Below are positions 29,167 to 37,445 of a stretch of 64,000 nucleotides of DNA, piece by piece. Source of the DNA: Neptuniibacter sp. (lineage in GTDB: Bacteria > Pseudomonadota > Gammaproteobacteria > Pseudomonadales > Balneatricaceae); assembly GCA_050633685.1 (NCBI GenBank), contig JBOEHA010000023.1, positions 29,514-93,513 on the forward strand, in the 5' to 3' direction. A program made the position numbers and the translations under genes. The notes below the pieces were generated by a model. It did no database searches and was not told the origin of the DNA. It saw only the letters and a program-made list of their open reading frames with translations. Each line of letters opens with the position of its first letter. Position 1 is the stretch's first letter.

Positions 29167-30219
29167 ATGTTGAAGGTGGTTGTGGTGGGCCCAGGACTTA
29201 TGGGTCGTCAACACATAGAGCTTCTTGCTTCTACAAATGATGCTTGTTTATCAGGTATCGTTGCACCTGCTTCAGATAAAAATATGCAATATGCTGAAGA
29301 GCTGGGCGTGTCTTTTTTTTCAGACCTAAGAGCTTGTATCGAACAGGTTCAACCAGCCGGTGTTATCATCTCTAGCCCCAATGAATTCCACGCAGAGCAA
29401 GCAGCTATATGTGTGGAAAACCGGATTCCTTTTCTGTTGGAAAAGCCGCTGGCGACAACTCAGGATGAAGGCCGGGAGTTGCTGGATATAGTACTCAAGG
29501 CAGAGTTTCACGGTAATGCAATGGTGGGCCATCACCGTTCCCATGGTGCAATTATCAAGAAATCATCAGATCTAATTGATAGTGGAATCTTGGGTCGTTT
29601 AGTTGCTGTCCAAGGAAGTGCACAATTTTTCAAACCCCATAGTTACTTCGTTCAGGGGCCATGGCGAAGCAAGCTTGGTGGCGGCCCCATTCTTCTGAAT
29701 ATGATTCATGAAATTAGTAACCTCAGGGCGCTGTTGGGGGAGATTGAATCGGTACAGGTGATCGCGTCTTCAGATGTAAGGAACACAGAGGTGGAAGATA
29801 CAGCTGTCATCAACTTACGTTTTGAATCAGGCACTTTAGGTTCTTTTGTTTTGTCGGATTGTACCGCGTCATCAAAAAGCTGGGAGATGACTTCTGGTGA
29901 AAACCCCAGTTACCCTTTTTTCCCTAATGAATATTGCTATGTGCTTGCTGGTACGAAAGGAACCCTAGAAATTCCATCTATGGTGATCAAAGCATATGGG
30001 GAAGAGAAAGTAGCCTCGTGGATGACATCTTTTGAAGAATCGCGAGCGGGCTTAGATCGAGTGGATCCGCTGGAAAAACAGATTGCAGAATTTGTCGAGC
30101 TGATGAAAGGTGAAACAACGCCAACAGTAACGATTCAGGACGGCTACAGGAACCTGGCTGTGGTCGAGGCGATCAAGCGTGCCGCTGAAAATGGCTCTCT
30201 GGAAAAAGTCGAGTATTGA
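29167..30219 (+). CDS. Gfo/Idh/MocA family NAD(P)-dependent oxidoreductase
   Basis: VVGPGLMG, SPNEFH, LLEKP, VGHHR, GGGPIL..MIHEI; start uncertain (29125-29167). Confidence 0.88.
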   Translation: MLKVVVVGPGLMGRQHIELLASTNDACLSGIVAPASDKNMQYAEELGVSFFSDLRACIEQVQPAGVIISSPNEFHAEQAAICVENRIPFLLEKPLATTQDEGRELLDIVLKAEFHGNAMVGHHRSHGAIIKKSSDLIDSGILGRLVAVQGSAQFFKPHSYFVQGPWRSKLGGGPILLNMIHEISNLRALLGEIESVQVIASSDVRNTEVEDTAVINLRFESGTLGSFVLSDCTASSKSWEMTSGENPSYPFFPNEYCYVLAGTKGTLEIPSMVIKAYGEEKVASWMTSFEESRAGLDRVDPLEKQIAEFVELMKGETTPTVTIQDGYRNLAVVEAIKRAAENGSLEKVEY

Positions 30220-30221
30220 TT

Positions 30222-31367
30222 ATGGGTGAAAAAGTTCTGTTGGTTGATACTGGCTTTTCAGCTCAACCGATCTATCAATCCATTCAGAAACTAGACTTTG
30301 ATGTCCATGTAGTGGGAGGTCGTCCGGAAGATCCGTTGGCTAAAACGGCCGAGCAATACTGGTGTTTGGATTACTCTGATACTGACAAGTTAGCTGAGTT
30401 GGTTAGACGGGAAGAATACAGATTTATCGTACCGGGCTGCACAGATCGTTCTTACACATCCTGTTCTGTAGTCAGCGAAAGGCTGGGCTTTCCTGGAATA
30501 GAATCACCAGAGAATGATGCCCAGATCAATCTGAAAGACAAATTTAGAAATTTGTCGGAAAGGTTGGGTGTTCCTATTCCTGCGGTGCAAAAACAATCAG
30601 CGGATCTATCCTTTCCGATGATTGTAAAGCCGGTCGATGCCTTCAGTGGAAACGGTATTACAGTAGTGCATCGTCCAGAGCAATTGAACGAGGCGGTAGA
30701 GTTAGCGAGAAACTGCTCGCCATCACAAAATTATGTTTGTGAAGAGTATCTGCAAGGCCAGCTATACAGCCACTCAGCTTTCGTGAAAAGTGGCAAAGTG
30801 GCGGTGGATTTTATAGTGCGCGAAGACTCCACCGCTTATCCTTTTGCGGTTGATTTGAGTTATGTGGAATCTGATTACCCAGAGGCTCTTTTGGGTGAAA
30901 TGCGTCAATCCATAGAATCCATCGTAGCTGAGTTGAACCTGTTGGATGGATTGATTCATACGCAGTTTATTCAGACGGATGGGCGGGTTTATCTGATTGA
31001 AATGACCCGAAGGTGCCCCGGTGATTTATACAGCTCGTTGATAGAGCTTCAAACCGGTTTTGCCTATACAGATAATTATGTGCGGCCTTTTTTAGGCCTA
31101 GAGATAGAGCCGGTGCAACCGAGCCAAACAGATTGTGCAGTAGTCAGGCATACAGTTTCTTCCAAGAGTGCTACCGCGTTTAATGGCATTCGATATCTGG
31201 AAACTACACAGATGGAGAAATGGGTGCCTTTAGCTGTCACAGGTGAGCAGCTTCTGCCAAGCCCGAAAGGTCGTATTGGGATTGCGTTTATGCGCTGCGT
31301 AGGTCCATCTGAACTAGAAAAATTGTACGGCACGCTTTTACGCCGTGAGCTATATGAACTGTTTTAA
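30222..31367 (+). CDS. ATP-grasp fold protein
   Basis: KDKFR, PMIVKPVDAFSGNGIT, CEEYLQG, GLIHTQF, YLIEMTRRCPG. Confidence 0.85.
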   Translation: MGEKVLLVDTGFSAQPIYQSIQKLDFDVHVVGGRPEDPLAKTAEQYWCLDYSDTDKLAELVRREEYRFIVPGCTDRSYTSCSVVSERLGFPGIESPENDAQINLKDKFRNLSERLGVPIPAVQKQSADLSFPMIVKPVDAFSGNGITVVHRPEQLNEAVELARNCSPSQNYVCEEYLQGQLYSHSAFVKSGKVAVDFIVREDSTAYPFAVDLSYVESDYPEALLGEMRQSIESIVAELNLLDGLIHTQFIQTDGRVYLIEMTRRCPGDLYSSLIELQTGFAYTDNYVRPFLGLEIEPVQPSQTDCAVVRHTVSSKSATAFNGIRYLETTQMEKWVPLAVTGEQLLPSPKGRIGIAFMRCVGPSELEKLYGTLLRRELYELF

Positions 31368-31418
31368 ACAAATGACCAGCCGAGTCAGATAGCTGTTCTT
31401 TGAACTAAGAGGTTATTC

Positions 31419-33281
31419 TTGAAGATACTAGCGATTAACTTTGGGCATGATGCCAGCCTGGCTCTTTATGAAGATCAGAAGCTAACTTCGTTTTTGGAGC
31501 TGGAACGTGTTACTCGGCTGAAACACACTGTGGGTGTCAGCCGCTCAGATGTTGTCGGCTTTCTGCAAGCTAACTCTCTACGTTGGCAGGACCTGGAGTT
31601 TGTCGCTTTGGTTGGTACCCAGTGGTACAAAGCTAAGCATTCCGATGACATTGTTATTGAAGAGTCTGATGCTGAGTTCTCTGTTTTGAAAGACCATGGG
31701 GTTAAGACGGAAGCTGACAGTGAGGTTGGTGGTACCGATAAATGGTACGACTACGCGCATCATCAGAACCGCTTAGGAGAGGTTACCCAAACAGAGTTTC
31801 CGTTGGATGCTGTTTCAGGAGGCGTTTGCGACTTAGGTAAGTTTTCTATAGATCAGGTGGGAATTGATCCCTACAAAACGGTTTATCCATATTCGATTGA
31901 AATTGATGGCATAAAATTACCTGCTGCTTTTGTTCCTCACCAGATAGCTCATGCCGCCTATGGTGCATTCTATCGCTCTCCAGAAAAAGAGAAGGCGATT
32001 ATCCTAAGCCATGATGGCGGTTGGCCACATATCCCGTTTAATTCGGGCGGTATTTTTTTATATCAGAATGACACGATCTGTCCTGTGTTAGACCCCAGAA
32101 TGTTCTTGGGTCAGCTGTATCAAATCATGGGCGAAAGAGCGGGGTTTCGCCCGTCAGAGGCTCCGGGCAAACTGATGGGGCTAGCTTCTTACGGTATTCC
32201 AGAGCCTGCTGGGTTGACCAAACTGTCCCAGGTTTTAGAAGGCTTGGCAGAAAAATGTGCAGAGATATCTGCCGAGCAATTCCATGTGAAATTTGCTCAG
32301 CTTTGTGACCTGATCGAAGCGGAAGCGCCTAACGTCTATGTGCGCGAAGGGGCTAAGCAGTATGATTTCAGCTTTGAGAATGTGCGTGCCTCGATTGGCA
32401 TTGCTGCCTACACACAAAAGTTGGTTGAAAACATGTGGGCAGGAAAAATGTCGGTGCTGCTGGAGTCTATCGCAGATCGCTATGAGGTTGCCGATAGTGT
32501 GGCAGTGGTCGGGGGCTTTTCGTTGAACTGCCCAAGCAATAGCTTATTGCAGTCCTCGCTGACATCTTTAAAGGTAAAACCGTTACCTGGTGGATCCGAT
32601 ATGGGAGTTTCAATTGGAGCCGGGGCGTTGCTAGTGTCTTTCCTTACAGGGAAATTCCCATGTAATGATCAACAAAACCCTTTATCTCCTGCCTTTCCTC
32701 CCAGGCCTGATATTTTTGAATGTGATGTGCCTCAATCACTTAAGGCAATGGAGCTTGATGATCCGCTGGGTTTTTATGCGACTCAGTTGGTGGAAGGGAA
32801 AATTTTCTGTCATGTGGAAGGTGAATCTGAAGTGGGTCCACGGGCGTTAGGGCATAGGTCAATTATTGCTCATGCGGCAAATGGAGCAGTTCGAGATCGT
32901 ATTAATCAATGTAAAGGCCGTGAAATGTGGCGTCCATTAGCGCCTATTGTGCGTGCTTGTGATCTGCCAAAATTCTTTGAAGGTCCTGATGCCGGGGAGA
33001 TGTCACGTTTTATGTTGTCTACCTATAGGGTTATTAACCCTAAACAGTTGCCGGCCGTTACTCATGTGGATCAGACTGCCAGAACGCAAATGGTAGAGGG
33101 CGGTACGATTTCAGATTTGTTGGATCGGCTTTCTGAAGTGAGTGATATTCCGGTGATTGTGAATACGTCGTTTAATGTAGCAGGAGAGCCATTGGTGGAA
33201 AATTTGCGGCAGGTATCAGACAGCTTTGAAAAATTAAACTTCGATTTTATATATATCAACGGTTCTATTTATCGCCTATAA
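31419..33281 (+). CDS. Carbamoyltransferase (NodU/CmcH/TobZ family)
   Basis: HDASLA, HQIAH (metal HxxxH), SHDGG, GKLMGLASYG, GGFSLNC, SDMG, EVGPRALGHRSI, KGRE.WRPLAP, HVD.TARTQ, NTSFN. Confidence 0.92.
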   Translation: MKILAINFGHDASLALYEDQKLTSFLELERVTRLKHTVGVSRSDVVGFLQANSLRWQDLEFVALVGTQWYKAKHSDDIVIEESDAEFSVLKDHGVKTEADSEVGGTDKWYDYAHHQNRLGEVTQTEFPLDAVSGGVCDLGKFSIDQVGIDPYKTVYPYSIEIDGIKLPAAFVPHQIAHAAYGAFYRSPEKEKAIILSHDGGWPHIPFNSGGIFLYQNDTICPVLDPRMFLGQLYQIMGERAGFRPSEAPGKLMGLASYGIPEPAGLTKLSQVLEGLAEKCAEISAEQFHVKFAQLCDLIEAEAPNVYVREGAKQYDFSFENVRASIGIAAYTQKLVENMWAGKMSVLLESIADRYEVADSVAVVGGFSLNCPSNSLLQSSLTSLKVKPLPGGSDMGVSIGAGALLVSFLTGKFPCNDQQNPLSPAFPPRPDIFECDVPQSLKAMELDDPLGFYATQLVEGKIFCHVEGESEVGPRALGHRSIIAHAANGAVRDRINQCKGREMWRPLAPIVRACDLPKFFEGPDAGEMSRFMLSTYRVINPKQLPAVTHVDQTARTQMVEGGTISDLLDRLSEVSDIPVIVNTSFNVAGEPLVENLRQVSDSFEKLNFDFIYINGSIYRL

Positions 33282-33294
33282 CACAGGCCGGATT

Positions 33295-33915
33295 ATGAAA
33301 ACATTTACTGCGAATAATATTAATATTTATTTCCATCCAAACCATAACGGTGGGGGTATGGATTTTGGACAGGACTATATCAAAGTTATAGCTCAACGTT
33401 ATGGGAAGCCTTTTAATAAGGTTTATGAGTTTTGTTCAGGCCCAGGGTTTATTGGCTTCTCATTGTTGGGGGCTGGCCAAGCAGAGCATCTGATTTTGTC
33501 TGACCTTTATGAGCCATTGAATGAAGTGATCGAAAAAACGGTCGAAAGTAATGGGTTAGAAGGGCGTGTGAATTTTTACAATATGCCAGGTGTAAAGGAA
33601 CTACCGGAGGGAGAAATTGATTTAGTTGTTTCCAATCCGCCCCATTTTTTAACAGAGCAAAGTTGGTTGGGGCATATTGAAAACCGGATTTATATCGATG
33701 AGAACTGGGAAGTCCATAGGGAGTTCTATCATAACATTGCCTCCAAATTGTCTGATGATGGCATCGTTCTATTTCAGGAAAATGCATTAGGTTCAGGTTT
33801 GCATGACTTTGAGCTGATGATATCCGAGGGTGGGCTACAAGTGACTGATGTGTTTTCCATGGAAAATAGGGTTGGGAATGATCAGATCTATTATATCGAG
33901 GCAAAAAAGTGCTAG
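33295..33915 (+). CDS. Class I SAM methyltransferase, HemK/MTS-like
   Basis: EFCSGPGFIG (motif I) and DLVVSNPPHF (NPP motif). Confidence 0.8.
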   Translation: MKTFTANNINIYFHPNHNGGGMDFGQDYIKVIAQRYGKPFNKVYEFCSGPGFIGFSLLGAGQAEHLILSDLYEPLNEVIEKTVESNGLEGRVNFYNMPGVKELPEGEIDLVVSNPPHFLTEQSWLGHIENRIYIDENWEVHREFYHNIASKLSDDGIVLFQENALGSGLHDFELMISEGGLQVTDVFSMENRVGNDQIYYIEAKKC

Positions 33916-33924
33916 GTGGTATGA

Positions 33925-34860
33925 GTGTCTAAGGTGGAAGTGCCTAATAAGGCATTAAAACAGTTGTACATTAAGAACGATCTATACGCAGCTGTCCATG
34001 TCGGGTTGCACCTTTCGTTGTTCCTGTTTTTTTTTGCTGGAAGTTGCTACCTAATTGATAAAGGCGATTTTCTCGCAGCATTTATATGTCTGATTGCGAC
34101 GGGGTTTCTGGGGAATTTTTTGGGCTGGTCAGGTATTGGTCATGAGTTATTGCATGAAACAGTTTTTAGTAGTCGTAAATTAAACCGTTTTTTGGTTAGA
34201 GCATTTGCGATTTATTTATGGAATAACTGGGCATACCATCAAATCAGTCATCGCATCCATCACCGTTCAACCATGCTTACTGGTGTGGATTTTGAATTTG
34301 ATCCTAATCAAAAACACCTGGAGCGATGGGATGTTTTTATCTCAGTTACTTTTAATTATAAATTTCTTGGCAGAGCATTAAGGAACACCCTTGAAAATGC
34401 ATTTGGAACCGTTAATGGTGGGTTTGCCTCATTATATATTCTGAATAATGATGAGAACTACAGAAAGGTAGTAAGTGCTGCGAGACTGATACTTTTGGCC
34501 CATTTCTCTATATTTTTGATAGCCTGGGCAGTCGATTTTGTTGCCATTTCAATGGTTTTTAGCCTAAGCCCTTTTATGTGTAACTTGTTTTCAAGAATCC
34601 TAGCATTGTCACAACATTTTGGTATGGAAGTTGATGTTAATGATCCCAGAAGAACAAGCCGCTCTATCACAATTCCTCGTTGGCTGGAGTTCTTCTATGC
34701 AAATATGAACTACCATGTTGAACATCATATTTATGCGGGTATCCCTTTTTATAATTTGCCTAGGGCTAGAAAGCTTCTTGAGGATCAACTGCCTGAAGCT
34801 CTGAATTTGAAGGATGCTATTCAGTTGGCACTAAACCCACCCCAAAAAAGTACAACGTAA
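33925..34860 (+). CDS. Membrane di-iron fatty-acid-desaturase-like protein
   Basis: Three His boxes HELLH, HRIHH and HVEHH with hydrophobic segments; IPFYNLP. Confidence 0.85.
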   Translation: MSKVEVPNKALKQLYIKNDLYAAVHVGLHLSLFLFFFAGSCYLIDKGDFLAAFICLIATGFLGNFLGWSGIGHELLHETVFSSRKLNRFLVRAFAIYLWNNWAYHQISHRIHHRSTMLTGVDFEFDPNQKHLERWDVFISVTFNYKFLGRALRNTLENAFGTVNGGFASLYILNNDENYRKVVSAARLILLAHFSIFLIAWAVDFVAISMVFSLSPFMCNLFSRILALSQHFGMEVDVNDPRRTSRSITIPRWLEFFYANMNYHVEHHIYAGIPFYNLPRARKLLEDQLPEALNLKDAIQLALNPPQKSTT

Positions 34861-35891
34861 TGAATCTATTAGTTTTTCCATCTGATAACGTAGATGAAGA
34901 ACGGTTTTATCTGTTGAATAGAGTGGGGGTGGAGATCGTTCCTGCAAGCTCATCCCTAAGTCACTTATTCTTAGGTAAGACAGTAAATTTTTTACCGTAT
35001 GTTACCGATAAGGTATTTGTACAGGCATTCACTCGTTTGGTAGTTGAAAAAAACATTACGCACTTTTATACGGAGCATGCGGGGGTATGGGGTGTTATAG
35101 ATTCGTTATTAAAACAATCTGATGAATTACAGTTTGAACTTGTGGCGGACTTCCCATTTGATTCAACGTGGCAAGAATTTGAGAAATATTCATTATGGGC
35201 CGATGCGGTTAATAATTCTGAGTCATTGTTAGGTGGTACAAGGCTGGACAAAGATAGTTTGGCATCATTATGCCAACGGTATAATCAGATACCCGGCCAA
35301 TCTGATAATGTGAAGCTTGAAGCATTGGTCAATCTGGCAACTTCTATTCCTGAAGGCGATTGGGTGGAAATAGGGGCTTTATATGGAAGGTCTTCTTATG
35401 CTTTGGGGGTGCTTGCGGGTTACAACAATTCCAAATTAATCTGTATTGATCCCTGGGATGCTTTGAAGGTTCGGCCACAACAGGGTAAAGCGTCTATTTT
35501 GGATAGTCAGTCAGACCTGATAGATAACACTAAAATATTTAATGTTTTTCGATCTTCAATCGCGTTGTTGAGTAATACTTCTTATATCCGTAGCCTCTCA
35601 GAAGATGCTTTGCCACGATATCTAACATCTGATTTTGATGGCAGATCAGTCACGATAAATAAAAGTATCTCTTTTCTGCATATTGATGGTAATCATCATT
35701 ACGACGAGGTGAGCAAAGATATTGCTTTATGGGAACCTCATGTCTGTGTTGGAGGCTGGATAGCTGTCGATGATTACCTCTGGGCTTTTGGTGATGGGCC
35801 TAAGAAGGCGGGGGATAATTTACTTAGAACCGGTCGCTTTGATGAGGCGTTCGTGTCTGGTGATACGCTGTATATGCGTAAGGCTTTTTGA
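34860..35891 (+). CDS. Methyltransf_24-like SAM methyltransferase with extra N-terminal region
   Basis: VEIGALYGRSS, IDPW, FLHIDGNHHY..V..D, GGWIAVDDY. Confidence 0.8.
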   Translation: MNLLVFPSDNVDEERFYLLNRVGVEIVPASSSLSHLFLGKTVNFLPYVTDKVFVQAFTRLVVEKNITHFYTEHAGVWGVIDSLLKQSDELQFELVADFPFDSTWQEFEKYSLWADAVNNSESLLGGTRLDKDSLASLCQRYNQIPGQSDNVKLEALVNLATSIPEGDWVEIGALYGRSSYALGVLAGYNNSKLICIDPWDALKVRPQQGKASILDSQSDLIDNTKIFNVFRSSIALLSNTSYIRSLSEDALPRYLTSDFDGRSVTINKSISFLHIDGNHHYDEVSKDIALWEPHVCVGGWIAVDDYLWAFGDGPKKAGDNLLRTGRFDEAFVSGDTLYMRKAF

Positions 35892-35938
35892 TTCAGGCGC
35901 CAAAAAAAAGTCGTTATGAAGGCAGTGTTTTTATTTGC

Positions 35939-35952
35939 GTCATTAAATTGAC
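35939..35952. promoter_or_regulatory. FleQ-box upstream of fleQ
   Basis: GTCATTAAATTGAC matches the P. aeruginosa FleQ consensus GTCaNTAAAtTGAC. Confidence 0.7.
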
Positions 35953-36004
35953 TTTTTGGTATTCTAAGGCCACTATAATCAAAAAGTTAAACGAGACGTG
36001 ATTG

Positions 36005-37444
36005 ATGTCAGATTCGCCTCAAGTTCTCATCATTGATGATGACCTAACCCGGCGCGATGTATTGGAAGCTTCCCTTGCGTTTCTGGATCAGAAGTGCAGA
36101 TTTTTCAGCTTTGTGGATTGGCTGCAATCGGTTCAGGATAAAGAGAATGTTCCATCGATTAAGTTGATTTTGCTGGGGCAGAGTCAATTGCCTTTGTCAC
36201 TTGAAAAAATCATTGGCGACCTTGCTGATCAGTACCCTACCTCTGCAATTATCACGATCGGTGAATGGAATGAAGCGGCAAGCCTTCCCGATGAAATCGG
36301 TGCTCGTTTGGTTGGGCAGTTGCAGTTGCCTCTCAACTACCAGCAGGTTTTGGATTGTTTTCATAAAGCACAAATCTACCGTGGTTCACTGATTTCAAAA
36401 TCATCCGCCAGTGATTCAGCAGAACTTTTTGCCTCTCTGGTGGGTAATAGTGAGTCGATGGTTCAGGTTCGTTCCTCTATGCAGAAGGTTGCTGGGAGGG
36501 ATGTGAATGTCATGATCACAGGTGAGTCTGGTACAGGCAAGGAAGTTGTCGCGCGTAACCTGCATGATCACTCTGTTCGAAAGAACGGTCCATTTGTTCC
36601 CATCAACTGTGGGGCAATACCAGCAGATCTTCTTGAAAGTGAACTCTTTGGTCATGAAAAAGGCGCTTTTACTGGAGCGGTGAGTAGCCGGCCAGGTCGA
36701 TTTGAGTTGGCGCAAGGGGGGACTCTGTTTCTGGACGAAATCGGGGATATGCCTCTGCCGATGCAGGTCAAACTTTTGCGGGTCCTTCAGGAGCGTAAGT
36801 ATGAAAGGATCGGCGGTAGTAAAACGCTTGAAGCTGATGTCCGGGTGATTGCGGCCACGCATAAAAACCTAGAGGATATGATCGTTTCCGGGGAATTCAG
36901 GGAGGATTTGTATTATCGCTTGAATGTCTTTCCTATCGAGATGCCACCACTTCGTCAAAGAATTGAAGACTTACCGCTGTTGCTGGAAGAATTACTGGAA
37001 AGACTAAAACAGCAGGGGCTGGATTCTGTAAAACTGCACGCCAGTGCGATTGAATCCCTGAAAAAGCATTCATGGCCGGGCAATGTCCGTGAACTTTCAA
37101 ATCTGTTGGAAAGGCTCGCTATTGTATATCCTGACGGAGTGGTGGGTGTGTCAGAGTTGCCCGCGAAATTTCAGTATATAGATGAGCCTGATCCCGAAAG
37201 ATATAAGGTAATTGAGAATGGTGAGTCAGGTAGTGCTGATGTGTTGTCTTCGGCACCCTCACTGGATCTTTTGCCGGAAGGAGGTGTTGACCTAAAAGAG
37301 CATCTGGAACTGATCGAAAAATCACTTATCGAGCAGGCGCTAAGCCGAAATTCTGGTGTGGTTGCCAGAGCTGCTGAGACGTTACAGATCCGAAGGACTA
37401 CCTTGGTTGAAAAAATGCGTAAGTTCGGGATACAGCGGAAATAA
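36005..37444 (+). CDS. fleQ: Flagellar master regulator FleQ/FlrA
   Basis: Atypical N-terminal domain; [48 protein letters not shown]. Confidence 0.93.
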   Translation: MSDSPQVLIIDDDLTRRDVLEASLAFLDQKCRFFSFVDWLQSVQDKENVPSIKLILLGQSQLPLSLEKIIGDLADQYPTSAIITIGEWNEAASLPDEIGARLVGQLQLPLNYQQVLDCFHKAQIYRGSLISKSSASDSAELFASLVGNSESMVQVRSSMQKVAGRDVNVMITGESGTGKEVVARNLHDHSVRKNGPFVPINCGAIPADLLESELFGHEKGAFTGAVSSRPGRFELAQGGTLFLDEIGDMPLPMQVKLLRVLQERKYERIGGSKTLEADVRVIAATHKNLEDMIVSGEFREDLYYRLNVFPIEMPPLRQRIEDLPLLLEELLERLKQQGLDSVKLHASAIESLKKHSWPGNVRELSNLLERLAIVYPDGVVGVSELPAKFQYIDEPDPERYKVIENGESGSADVLSSAPSLDLLPEGGVDLKEHLELIEKSLIEQALSRNSGVVARAAETLQIRRTTLVEKMRKFGIQRK

Positions 37445-37445
37445 T

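Noticed and set aside
26119-35891. Interpretation of the island as an LPS/capsule locus or an independent antibiotic cluster
   Set aside because: No Wzx/Wzy/ABC exporter, no additional glycosyltransferases, no transporter, regulator or resistance gene. Position and coupling to fliS favour flagellin modification, although a secreted metabolite is not formally excluded
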